From an uncultured Methanoregulaceae archaeon (GTDB lineage Archaea; Halobacteriota; Methanomicrobia; Methanomicrobiales; Methanospirillaceae): 64,000 bases of DNA. The stretch spans positions 896,001 to 960,000 of the forward strand of contig OY970343.1 of NCBI GenBank assembly GCA_963717525.1, written 5' to 3'. Below are positions 36,138 to 46,362 of this stretch, one piece after another; positions within the stretch are counted from its first letter, which is position 1; each line of letters opens with the position of its first letter. A program made the position numbers and the translations under genes. The notes below the pieces were generated by a model. That model was not told the origin of the DNA, searched no databases, and worked only from the letters and a program-made list of their open reading frames with translations.

Positions 36138-36998
36138 TTATGAGATCTTTTTGATAAACGTGTCATTTTCGTACTCGTCAAACGCCTGCTGCAGTTCCTC
36201 CTGCGTGTTCATGACGATGGGGCCGCCCCATGCGATCGGTTCGCGGAGCGGTTTTCCCGAAAAGAACAGGAACCTCACTCCTTCGCCGCCCGCACGGACA
36301 CCGACCGCGTCACCCTCATCGCCAAACAAGGCCATCGTCCGGTTCGCCAGCTCATCTTTATGGCCCTCGTCAAATCTCCCGGTGCCGCCGATCACATAGG
36401 CCGCTGCCCGGTAACCGGGTTTTACCGGGTGGGAGAACTGCGCACCCGGTTCAAGGGACACATCGAAGTACTCGGGGTCCGCCATGATATCGCGGACCGG
36501 GCCGGTGACACCGGCGATCGTTCCGCAGATGACCCTGGCACTCGCGCCACCCGGCAGGGTGACACTGGGGATTGCATCGGCCTTGATTTCCTGGTACCGC
36601 GGATCCATCACCTTATACTTCCGGGGCAGGTTAACCCAGAGCTGGAACCCCCCCATGCGGCCGTTGACCGGTTTTGGCATCTCCTGGTGGATGATGCCGG
36701 AACCTGCCGTCATCCACTGGACACATCCGGCGTCGACATTACCCGCATGGCCCATGCTGTCACCGTGTTCGACGGTCCCCTCCAGCATGTAGGTCACCGT
36801 CTCGATGCCCCGGTGTGGGTGCCAGGGAAAACCGGCAAGATAATCCCTGGGCCGGTCTGCACGGAAGTCATCCAGCATCAGGAAGGGATCAAAGTCCGGG
36901 ATCTCGTTATAGCCGAACGCCCGGTTAAGGTGAACGCCAGCTCCTTCAAGGGTAGGTCTGCTCTTCAGGATCCTGGCAATCTCCCTGGTTTTAATCAT
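36138..36998 (-). CDS. Pirin family protein
   Basis: DPFLMLD, GFPWHPHRGIETVTY, WMTAGSGIIHQE, FQLWVNLP, GPIVMN. Confidence 0.95.
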   Translation of the reverse strand: MIKTREIARILKSRPTLEGAGVHLNRAFGYNEIPDFDPFLMLDDFRADRPRDYLAGFPWHPHRGIETVTYMLEGTVEHGDSMGHAGNVDAGCVQWMTAGSGIIHQEMPKPVNGRMGGFQLWVNLPRKYKVMDPRYQEIKADAIPSVTLPGGASARVICGTIAGVTGPVRDIMADPEYFDVSLEPGAQFSHPVKPGYRAAAYVIGGTGRFDEGHKDELANRTMALFGDEGDAVGVRAGGEGVRFLFFSGKPLREPIAWGGPIVMNTQEELQQAFDEYENDTFIKKIS

Positions 36999-37077
36999 AT
37001 ACAGTCTCCCTGCAAGTACCTGAATTGTTCAGACTGCTTCGCCACATACAAGGTATAGTAATCACACGACCTTACAC

Positions 37078-37731
37078 TCACACTTTTTTAAAGCAGAGGT
37101 ACCAGTCCTTGCACTCGTACCCTTCGCTTAAGCGCTTCTCCATCTCAGCTGCGGTCTTTGGCGGCGCCACGACCACCTTGTCGCCCGGCTGCCAGTTTGC
37201 AGGTGTTGACACCTTGTACTTGTCTGTCGTCTGGAGGGCTTTTACCATCCGGATGATCTCCGGCATAAACCTCCCGTTCGATTGCGGGTAGTAAATCATC
37301 GCCCGCATGATCCCCTTGTCATCGATAAAGAAAACGCTCCTGACCGCCGCGGTAGAGTTCAGGGCCGGGTGGATCATGCCGTACTTCTTTGCCACTTTCA
37401 TGTTCAGGTCAGCAATGACCGGGAACGGGATAGTGACATCCATCTTCTCCTTGATGTTACGAATCCAGGCAAGGTGTGCCGATATGCTGTCAACGGAGAG
37501 CCCTACCAGTTTCACGTTGAGCGCTGCAAGTTCATCGTTGATAGCGGCAAATGCCATGAATTCCGTTGTACAAACAGGGGTGAAATCAGCGGGATGTGAA
37601 AACAGCACCACCCATTTCCCCTTCAGGTCCGAGAGTTTGATCGGGCCCTGCGTGGTCTCAGCTTCAAAGTCCGGGGCAGGTTCTCCCAGTGCCGGAAAAC
37701 TTATACATTCCTCTTCAGCCATTGTAACCAT
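37078..37731 (-). CDS. Peroxiredoxin (Prx6/archaeal type)
   Basis: LFSHPADFTPVCTTE, YYPQSNGR, TPANWQPGD, C-terminal CKDWYLC. Confidence 0.95.
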   Translation of the reverse strand: MVTMAEEECISFPALGEPAPDFEAETTQGPIKLSDLKGKWVVLFSHPADFTPVCTTEFMAFAAINDELAALNVKLVGLSVDSISAHLAWIRNIKEKMDVTIPFPVIADLNMKVAKKYGMIHPALNSTAAVRSVFFIDDKGIMRAMIYYPQSNGRFMPEIIRMVKALQTTDKYKVSTPANWQPGDKVVVAPPKTAAEMEKRLSEGYECKDWYLCFKKV

Positions 37732-37917
37732 CTCCTTTGCTTCCCTTGCAGGGAGTTAAGGTACCTTCAGTGGAACCCCTGTCTCCCTGTATCTGTTCAT
37801 GATACCCACCTGATTTATCAGGCATGAGATCCTCAACGGGCATACTTCGCATCCGTTCGGGACCGGATACGTTCCTCTTTCCGTTTGATCCGATAAATGA
37901 ATGGATGCAGGAATCAC

Positions 37918-38530
37918 CTACTGGAGCCCGATCATTGCGCCGTAGCGGGAATATACTTCCCTGACAAGTTCCATGGATTTCGGGTTAGCCCAGTCGTGCA
38001 TCCATTCCGATATCAGCGATTCGGTCGTGATCGGAATTACGCCAGCCTGCAGCATCCTCTCTATCCCGTACCTGTGGGCATCAGCAGTGGAATCACCGCC
38101 TGCATCAATCAGGCCGTAGACTTCATACCCTTCCCTTATCGCGTGGAGGGCAGTATAGGCAAAGCACATACTTGTCCACAGTCCGGAGACAACGAGCTTC
38201 TTCCGGCCCGTCTTCCTGAAGGCAGTCCATACCTTATCATCCTCGAATGCATCGAAGCTGAGAACCGATCGCGAGATCGCTTCCTGTCCGGGAAAGAGTC
38301 GGGTGATCTCCCCGATGAAATTACCATTATGTTCCGGGTTGATGGTTGTCAGTACCAACCGGAATGTTCAGGATAGTTGCTGCCTTGGCAGCGCAATAAG
38401 CCGAGTTCCGGATAATTGTCTTGTCACCCGATGCTACACCGGCAAACATCGCACGCTGGTAGTCCACGAGCACCAGTGCGCTGTTCTTGTCGCTCAGCAG
38501 TTCCAGTTTTCCGTCTTTTGGATTTGCCAT
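37918..38530 (-). CDS. Isochorismatase-family hydrolase (YcaC-like); apparent frameshift ~38358
   Basis: LVLVDYQ, SFDAF, GLWTSMC, DAGG...AH. Confidence 0.85.
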
Positions 38531-38639
38531 GTTTCAAACCTCCCTGTGTGCTACCTAAATTGTCCGGACATTTTACTCCGTATAATTCAGGTCAGTCTTA
38601 TCTTCTAATCCGAACTTTTTCTTCTATTCGGAGCCTCAG

Positions 38640-39343
38640 TTAATGCTGTACGTGGCTCCCGTCGCAGAACGGCTTGTTGTGCGATTTCCCGCAACGGCAG
38701 AGGGTGACCCGGTTCCGTACCGTGTAGGGTTTCCCGTCGGCGGACACAACAGGGATTTCACCCCGCACCCAGAGTGGCCCGTGCTCGCCCTTTGCAGGAT
38801 ATTCGATGACAACGATGGACTTTTCCAGGACCGGTTCGACCAGCTCCTCGCTCCTCCGGTCCCGGATAACAAGCCGGCCGGACGGGCAGTTGCAGGCCTC
38901 TTCGATAGCAGTATCCCGCGCTTCCGGGATACCTGACTGTTCGGTGAGGTTCCAGATCCCGCCGGCCCGCATGCAGAACCGGGCATGGACGCAGAGCTCG
39001 TGATAATCGGTAAGCTCCAGCTTCCGGGCCCCGGATTATTTCCGGGTCGACTGAGGTACGGTTCGTTCCCGGCAGTTTCGGTACCATTGAAGCGGGTCTT
39101 GGCATGGGTCCCGTCGCAGAAGGGTCTGTTCTCGGAATGACCGCACCTGCACAGGGCGCATTCCTCTCTTACGGGATAACGGTCAACGATCTTCCAGGTC
39201 CGGCAGTACCCTTCATTATCATTGCATATCTCCGCAACAACAATAGGAACGCCACCGGTCGCGATATAAGGACCGTTCTTCGTGACGGTGATCTTCATGG
39301 AATCGTTTTCCGGGTCCTGAGATTTTTTTATCTGGTCTTTCAT
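38640..39343 (-). CDS. CDGSH iron-sulfur protein (two CDGSH domains flanking a divergent ferredoxin-like domain); apparent frameshift ~39030
   Basis: LCRCGHSENRPFCDGTH and LCRCGKSHNKPFCDGSH; central CVHARFC..CPSGRL. Confidence 0.88.
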
Positions 39344-39366
39344 ACCGGTAGTTTCACCACCCGGAA

Positions 39367-39780
39367 TTAAATCTTGACAAGCACGTCGCTGCCATCCACT
39401 TTCACTGCGTAAACCGGTTGATCGTACGTCTTGATCAGGCGCTGCTCCTCGGCAATTCCCTCAAACATCAGCGCCACCGCTTTTTTCACTTTATCGGGAC
39501 AGCCGGTAAACATCTCCTTAAGCCCGCCGAGTTCCAGAACCGGCCCTGACATCAGTTTCCCGGTGGTTATGTCAAACTGTGAAGAATGCATGGGGCAGGT
39601 CACGATGGTATCCATAAGGGATCCCCGGGAGAGCCGGGCGTTCTCATGACCACACCGGTCCCCGATCGCGTAGAATGTACCCCCGACATTCGCGATGCAC
39701 AGCTCTGTCGCGCCGGCCTCAACATGTTTCATGGTTCCGGCAGGAATCTCGCTTACTCTGGCAACTTTGACAAAACCCAT
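39367..39780 (-). CDS. Rieske [2Fe-2S] ferredoxin with C-terminal insertion
   Basis: CGH...CPMH ligands, FDITTG. Confidence 0.88.
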   Translation of the reverse strand: MGFVKVARVSEIPAGTMKHVEAGATELCIANVGGTFYAIGDRCGHENARLSRGSLMDTIVTCPMHSSQFDITTGKLMSGPVLELGGLKEMFTGCPDKVKKAVALMFEGIAEEQRLIKTYDQPVYAVKVDGSDVLVKI

Positions 39781-39805
39781 AGGATCGACCCCCCTTGACA
39801 GGCTT

Positions 39806-40243
39806 TCACATGAGGCCGATCTGCTGCATCAGGCCGATTTTATCGTAGAAGAGTTTCTCCTCAGTGATCTCCCCGTTCTTCCAGTGTGCGACCGTGCAGA
39901 ACTCCACTTTAAATTTCTTGCCGGTCGGCGGGATGACCTTCCCGTCCGGCCAGGTCATCGGGCCCTTGAAGGTGCCGGTGAATTCGGCGACCGAACACGT
40001 ATAATCCCCCTGGCCGAAGAATATCTTGTACGGCCGGTTCCCGACCCTGTTGTCCGGGAAGATCTTAAAGAACGCGATTGCCTCTTCCTTGTGAGACAGG
40101 CGACCATGGGTCGGATCTGCCTGCGCCGGCCAGAAGACATCGACCTCTTTCGCATGGCGTTTCTCAAACGTTACCCAGTCCTGAGAATTCCAGGCATCGT
40201 CCAGCGTCTGCATGAGACGCATGTTCTCTTCCACAGTTGACAT
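39806..40243 (-). CDS. SnoaL-like / ester cyclase family (NTF2 fold) protein
   Basis: FPD, FTGTFKGP, PPTGKKF, W.NGEI.EE..FYD pattern. Confidence 0.85.
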   Translation of the reverse strand: MSTVEENMRLMQTLDDAWNSQDWVTFEKRHAKEVDVFWPAQADPTHGRLSHKEEAIAFFKIFPDNRVGNRPYKIFFGQGDYTCSVAEFTGTFKGPMTWPDGKVIPPTGKKFKVEFCTVAHWKNGEITEEKLFYDKIGLMQQIGLM

Positions 40244-40600
40244 CGTTGTTCTCCTTGTGTTACGAAACCTGAATTACCCTGCCGGGGGATAAGGATTTTG
40301 TAATATATATTCGGGAAAATGCTAATCGTTGGTACACCTGATGAAACGACATCACGAACCTCTCTTCCTGTGGACATTGCAAAGGCATACTCATGTGATT
40401 ATGTGAAGCGGGCCCGGAAGGTGGCTAAAATGATAAACAGGTTCAGAGGGGGTCATCCCGCCCGGTTGATCTTATGCGATCGGGGGGCCCTGCTGCCCGG
40501 TACGAGAGTAACGGAGGACCCGAAACCAGCCGCCACCGGGATGCACAGGCACCCGCACTGATTTCAGATAAATTACGATGTGTGGTAAAAAAGGGTGGTT

Positions 40601-41159
40601 TTAGTGCCCGAACTGGACATCGAAGTAGATGTTCTTCCCTGACGCCTTGAGGGGGAGGCCATAGGCGACACTGCAGCCTTTCAGGTGCCCGGCTTTGAGG
40701 GCAACAAACCCGGCCGTGTACATGATCCGGTTGTCGACATTGTGGATGGATGCCGTCTTCGCCGCTGAGCCGACGGCAATACCGAGGTCCGAGATCTTGA
40801 GCACACAGTTGGGTCCGGCATAGGCTGAACCCTTGTTCTTCCGGCCCTTCTGCGCCTTTGCCATCTCTGCACAGGCTCACGTACCCGCATCCGCCACAGT
40901 TTATGCCAAGTGTCTTCTGGCCTTCGACACCAATAAGGACCGTGGCGTCGCTTGCCTTCACCTGTTCACCGTTAATCCGGAGAAACTCCATCCCGGTCTC
41001 TTTTGCTGCGGCAATCATCGCATCTCCGAGCGCCTTCTGTTCCTCTCCGGTAAGCACCTCGATTTTTATCGAGTCAATGCCACAGGCTTTCGGTGCCGTA
41101 CGGGCGGCAAGCGCCATGAGGCCGGCAACGGTCTTTACTGCATCTGATTCACTGGTCAT
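40601..41159 (-). CDS. DUF2148-like ferredoxin-domain protein; apparent frameshift ~40877
   Basis: ARTAPK..G, NCGGCG...C, GPNC..K..DLGIAVGSA, VDNRIMY, KNIYFD. Confidence 0.8.
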
Positions 41160-41238
41160 AAACGGGAATTGACCCCGCCAGGTATTAAACCATCAGGGTA
41201 CAGGTACTATTTCCTGCCGGTGAAGGCCGGCCCCCGTA

Positions 41239-41520
41239 TCACAGGCCGCAGCACGAAATCACGGGAGCCGGGCGGACAAGGCCCGCCGGCCTGCGCCGCT
41301 CGTAGTCCCGCAGGTAATCGTAGACCACGCCGGGGAAGAACCGGCTGTTCCCGGCCACGGCTGCGGCCGTGTGCGGGTCGGGTTCCGCTTTGTGAGCGTG
41401 CTGTCGGGTGAGCTCTGCAAGGATCCTTTTTATCGTCATAAGTTCTCCGAGCGTTGCAGGGCACTCATTATCATCGATCACGGCTTCGATCTGCTGTACA
41501 ACTTCATCCATCCGGGTCAT
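41239..41520 (-). CDS. Hypothetical protein
   Basis: 93-aa ORF with plausible composition and upstream GGAG; no family recognised. Confidence 0.45.
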   Translation of the reverse strand: MTRMDEVVQQIEAVIDDNECPATLGELMTIKRILAELTRQHAHKAEPDPHTAAAVAGNSRFFPGVVYDYLRDYERRRPAGLVRPAPVISCCGL

Positions 41521-41880
41521 GAGTTTTTTTCACTCCTTTTGCAGGTTTCTGCTGGATGGATGTCAGCGGGGGTGGTTATATAATGGAAAAATCGCCGGGG
41601 TTCGTTTGAAGAACGGCCCGGTATCGCGGTCGAACCCCCGGGTTATACAAAAAGACCGTAAGCATCTCTGCATCCGGCCATGGAAATGGAAGCGGTCGCA
41701 TCATAGACCGGATCGGAGCCCCCGGCCGGCATCAGGCTCGTAATTCGCATGAAGCCCTAATGTGCAGTGCAGAGAAAAAAGCATAAGAGGAGCACATCCG
41801 GTCTGCACCGTCAAGGTACCGCTGGCAGGGTACCGGGGAGTTACCGGGACCGGGCTGCCAACGTTTCTTACCCTGACCTG

Positions 41881-41943
41881 TTCACTTTCGCCCCCCGCAG
41901 GGCCAGCCTTTTATCTCCCTTGGCAGGGCAGGGATCCGGTGCT
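41881..41943 (+). promoter_or_regulatory. Promoter copy 2 of the PolB2 cassette (TTCACTTTCG..TTTATC..CAGGGCAGGGATCCGGTGC)
   Basis: Direct paralog of 34085..34146. Confidence 0.7.
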
Positions 41944-42111
41944 ATGCAGATCGAGATCCGCAACGGGTTCACATTCCAGCCGGGCACCTTTAACGCTCTC
42001 ATCGCACCCGGGAAGGTGATCGTTTCCGCCATCAGCACATACGCGGATCTCCAGCGGTTCCTCTTCCTTTCCGTAAGGAAAATTTTCCCCGTACCAGGGA
42101 TGATCAGGTGA
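41944..42111 (+). pseudogene. Truncated 5' fragment of the RadA-like gene (paralog of 34147..34668)
   Basis: MQIEIRNGFTFQPGTFNALIAP..ADLQRFLFL aligns with MHIELRKGLTLRPGTFNAVIAP..ADLQRFLFL; similarity ends ~42070, about 45 bp before polB2. Confidence 0.8.
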
Positions 42112-42117
42112 ACGACC

Positions 42118-44104
42118 GTGTGGATCCTCGACTCCGCGTACCGGGACGGTGGTATCGATCTCTGGACAAAGGACGGGACCGTCTCAAAAGTACACCACGA
42201 TTACAATCCGCCATTTTACGTCCACTTCCACGACCCGCACGCTCATTACGAGATGATTGAGGCGCTGGAAGAACGGTACTGCGCGGAAGAGTGCACCATC
42301 CACACCCTTTTTGGCAAGATCCCGGGTTACGCGGTCTCTGCCCGGCCGGGACGTGGCCGAAGCAATTGAACGGCAGGCACACTATAAGGTCGATCTCTTC
42401 AACGTGGACGTGCGCCGCGACCAGAGGTTCATGGCCGAGCGCGGGATTTTTCCCTGTGCAAAGGAAGGTGACACCCGGTTTTCCCCGGAGATCACGCACG
42501 ATCTTTCTGTCCTGAAGACCTGCATCCACGGTAATCCGACGCTTTCTGTATCCCCGACCGAAATTGAGGTGACGGGCGGCCACACCGAACGGATTACCGG
42601 TGAGACAAAGGATGTGCTCGCAGATTTTTTCGGGCTCATCAGATCGCTTAACCCTGATGTGATTCTCATCCCGGATGCCGATACCTGGATGCCGAAGATC
42701 CGGGCCCTGGCACGGCAGTATGATCTTCCCATGCCCTTCTCGCGGAACGGGAAATACCGGCAGATGGCTTCCCGGTCGTACTGGAGTACGGCCATATGGA
42801 GCACAAGGAGTCTGCACTCATTCCGGACGGCCGTATCCTGATCGACACGGAGCAATCGTTCGTGTACCGGGAAGGCGGTCTTGAAGGGGTGCTCATGGCT
42901 GCCCGGCTCTCCGGGCTTTCCCCTAATCTTGCATCGCGGTTCACGCCCGGCACGCTCATCAGCAGTTATGAGACCTGCGAGGCGGTAAAACGGGGGATCG
43001 CGGTACCGTTCCGCAAGAGCGATCCGGAACAGGTACGTAAGCTCTCCGCGCTCCAGGCAGCCGACCGGGGCGGGCTGATGTTCCAGCCAGAGCCAGGGAC
43101 GTTTGAGAATGTCGAAGAAATCGATTTCACATCTATGTATCCTTCGATCATCGTGAAGGCCAATCTATCACCGGAGACGATCGGACATTCGGAGCGCCAC
43201 GGTTTTCTCCCTGAAGTGCTCAAGCCGCTGCTCGACCTCCGCTTCGAAACAAAACAGCTCAAAAAAACCGATCACCGGTACTCCGGATCCGATGCAATCC
43301 TCAAGTGGATGCTTGTCACCTGCTTCGGGTACACGGGATACAAGAACGCGAAGTTCGGGAGGATCGAGGTGCACGAGAAGATCACGGGCAGGTCACGGGA
43401 GATCCTGCTGCAGACAAAGGAGATCGCGGAATCCATGAACTTCCGCGTGCTGCACGGTATCGTGGACTGCCTCTGGGTGCAGGGATCGTCAGTTGAGGCA
43501 CTCAAAAAACGGGTCGAACGCCAGACTGGCCTATTTCTCGAGATCGACCATTTCGACTGGATCGTTTTCCTGCCTCTGGCAGACGGTTTCGGTGCGTACA
43601 ACCGGTATTATGGCCGGCAACCGGATGGCAGCGTCAAGGTCCGGGGGATTGCAGCACGCAGGCACGATACCCCGGAATATATCAGGGAGATGCAGGAGGA
43701 GATGCTCACGGTGATGGGCGGTGCGGCAACTATTGGGGAGCTCCGGGAAAGGGAGTGTGCGGTCAGGGATATATATGAGAAGTATTGTGAAGGACTGCCT
43801 TATGCGAATGTCCGCAAGTTTGTAGTCAACCGGCGTATCGAGCCGGGTGACCTATGCGCACCGGTGTCTGGAGTCCTCAGCCATTCAGGCTTACAAAAGC
43901 CAGGGCGTTCCTGTCGCACCGGGGATGAAGATATCCTATGTGGTGCAGGATGCGAAGCGATACTTCGTTGACACCGGGTGGAGTGCGTCGGTCATCGATG
44001 CCGGGTATTACCAGGCGCTCCTCGAAAAAGCATGGCAGGAGATCAGCTACGCGATGTTGAATGACACTTGCACAATCCACGATGAAAAATGCAGTAAAGA
44101 ATGA
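42118..44104 (+). CDS. polB2: Family B DNA polymerase, PolB2/Dpo2 type; apparent frameshifts ~42340, ~42790, ~43845
   Basis: [10 protein letters not shown] (motif A), [12 protein letters not shown] (motif B), HGIVDCLWV (degenerate motif C in place of YGDTDS), NRYYG, KVRG; exonuclease motifs not evident. Confidence 0.88.
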
Positions 44105-44398
44105 TCTCCCCTCCCGAAACTGCCTGTCGTCATCACATGGGGTGGGCGATAAGCATCATCAGCATCCGGAAGAGTGCTAAAGCCCAGTCATCTGTAAATC
44201 CGCCGGTTCTGCGTAAAATTATATTTCCACGTTCTGCATAGGAACGGGGTGGAACGGCTATAGGCCTGCACCAGATATTCCTGCCCGGTCTTTTCTCCCA
44301 TTAAATATAACCGGAAAATACTCTTGTCAATTACCAAAAGTGTTTATACCCCCTTGGAAGATTACCAGTTATCGAAATACCGATGGAGCGAATGAGAT

Positions 44399-46360
44399 AT
44401 GGCACAAGAAGAACCAAAGCCCGTGATGGTCCGGGAACGGCTCGACGTCTGCGAGCTGGACCGGGCCCGGATGTCCCTGATGAACCCTGCACTCATTGAG
44501 CAGAAGAAACAGGAACGCACGATCGATGAGAATGCCAAGCCCCTCCTTGAAATGGCGATGAAGGAGGGCCTCGAAACGGTCTGGGACCGGTACGAGATGC
44601 AGCAGCCACCCTGCAAATACTGCGAAGCGGGGACCTCCTGCATGAGGTGCACCATGGGCCCATGCCGGATCATCCCACCACACCGCATCCGCGGCGTCTG
44701 CGGGGCCGATGTCGACCTGATCGTTGCCCGCAACCTGCTTGACACGATCGCGACCGGGTCGGCAGCCCATTCTGACCACGGCCGTGACATCGTCGAAACA
44801 CTGTACCTCGTTGGAACGGGAAAGGCCAAAGACTACGGCATCGCCGATCCGGACAAACTGCGCGTGCTCGCAAAGGAATACGGTATTGCTACGGACAAGA
44901 AAGGCACAATGGAGATTGCAGCCCTGCTCGGACGTGCCCTGCTCGAAGAGTACGGCATGACCAAAAACACCCTCCAGCTCCTCAACCGGGCCCCGAAGGC
45001 CACCCGGGATATCTGGGAGGCGGCCGGCATCTCCCCGCGGGGGATCGACCGCGAAGTCGTCGACTGCATGCACCGGATCCAGATGGGGGTCGGTGCGGAT
45101 TATGTCAACATCCTGCTCCAGGGCCTGCGCTGCAGCCTCTCGGACGGCTGGGGCGGGTCGATGCTGGGTACCGATATCTCGGATGTCCTCTTCGGGACGC
45201 CGACCATTAAGGAATCGAAGGTGAACCTCGCGGTGCTCAAAGAAGACCATGTGAACATCGCAGTCCATGGCCACAACCCGGTTCTCTCCGAGATGGTAGT
45301 AAAGGCAGTCGCTGACCCGGAACTTGTTGGGCTTGCAAAGAAGAACGGTGCAAAAGGCATCAACCTCGTCGGGCTCTGCTGCACGGGAAGCGAGCTGCTG
45401 ATGCGCAAAGGCGTCCCGATGACCGGCAACCACTTCAACCAGGAGCTCGTCATCATGACCGGGGCACTTGAAGCGATGATCGTCGATTACCAGTGCATAT
45501 TCCCCTCGCTCCCGCGGACCGCAAGCTGCTTCCACACGCTCATTGTCTCAACCAGTTCCAAGGCAAAAATACCGGGCTCGTACTTCTTCGATTTCAGCGC
45601 GGACAAGGGCCTTGTGACCGCAAAGGCAATCGTCAGGATGGCAGTTGAAAACTACAAAAACCGGAACCCAAAGCGGGTCAACATCCCCGGAACCCCGGTC
45701 CCGCTCATGTCCGGGTTCTCCAACGAGGCGATCAAAAAGGCGCTGGGCGGATCGTTCAAACCCCTTATCGATGTCATCGCTGCCGGTAAGATCAGAGGTG
45801 CAGTCGGTATTGTCGGGTGCAACAACCCACATGTGAAACATGATTACGGTCACGTGACCCTCTCCAAGGCACTGATCAAGAAAAATATTCTCTGTGTCGA
45901 GACCGGCTGCGCAGCGATCGCCTCGGGAAAGGCCGGCCTTCTCATGCCATCAGCCGCAGCGCTTGCGGGCGATGACCTGCGGGCGGTCTGCGAATCGTTA
46001 AAGATCCCGCCCGTGCTCCATATGGGCTCCTGTGTGGATAACTCGCGTATCCTCGTGCTTGCGGCTGAACTGGGCAATGCACTCAATGTCCCGATCCACA
46101 AGCTGCCCATCGCTGGCGCGGCACCGGAATGGTATTCGCAGAAAGCGGTCTCGATCGGCGCATACTTTGTCGCCTCCGGTGTCTACACCGTGCTCGGCGT
46201 CATGCCGCATATTTCCGGCAGCCCGGCAGTGGTATCGCTTTTGACCGACGGGCTCAAGGGAGCGGTGAACGCGAACTTTGCCGTGGAGCCCGATCCCTTA
46301 AAAGCAGCCGATCTCATCGCAGGCCACATCGAGAAGAAACGCATCGATCTGGGGATTTGA
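44399..46360 (+). CDS. cooS: Ni,Fe carbon monoxide dehydrogenase catalytic subunit (monofunctional CooS)
   Basis: C-x2-C-x4-C..GVCG B-cluster ligands, HSDH, C-cluster ligands HGHNP, CCTG, DYQC, GCNN, TGC, GSCVDN, and SQKA. Confidence 0.95.
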   Translation: MAQEEPKPVMVRERLDVCELDRARMSLMNPALIEQKKQERTIDENAKPLLEMAMKEGLETVWDRYEMQQPPCKYCEAGTSCMRCTMGPCRIIPPHRIRGVCGADVDLIVARNLLDTIATGSAAHSDHGRDIVETLYLVGTGKAKDYGIADPDKLRVLAKEYGIATDKKGTMEIAALLGRALLEEYGMTKNTLQLLNRAPKATRDIWEAAGISPRGIDREVVDCMHRIQMGVGADYVNILLQGLRCSLSDGWGGSMLGTDISDVLFGTPTIKESKVNLAVLKEDHVNIAVHGHNPVLSEMVVKAVADPELVGLAKKNGAKGINLVGLCCTGSELLMRKGVPMTGNHFNQELVIMTGALEAMIVDYQCIFPSLPRTASCFHTLIVSTSSKAKIPGSYFFDFSADKGLVTAKAIVRMAVENYKNRNPKRVNIPGTPVPLMSGFSNEAIKKALGGSFKPLIDVIAAGKIRGAVGIVGCNNPHVKHDYGHVTLSKALIKKNILCVETGCAAIASGKAGLLMPSAAALAGDDLRAVCESLKIPPVLHMGSCVDNSRILVLAAELGNALNVPIHKLPIAGAAPEWYSQKAVSIGAYFVASGVYTVLGVMPHISGSPAVVSLLTDGLKGAVNANFAVEPDPLKAADLIAGHIEKKRIDLGI

Positions 46361-46362
46361 GC

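Noticed and set aside
40319..40561. 80-aa + strand ORF between the SnoaL and DUF2148 genes
   Set aside because: No recognisable motifs; overlaps the likely promoter region of the minus-strand operon
42118..44104. PolB as sign of a casposon, pipolin or provirus
   Set aside because: Motifs are PolB2-type (HGIVDC), with no Cas1, integrase, terminal repeats or capsid genes
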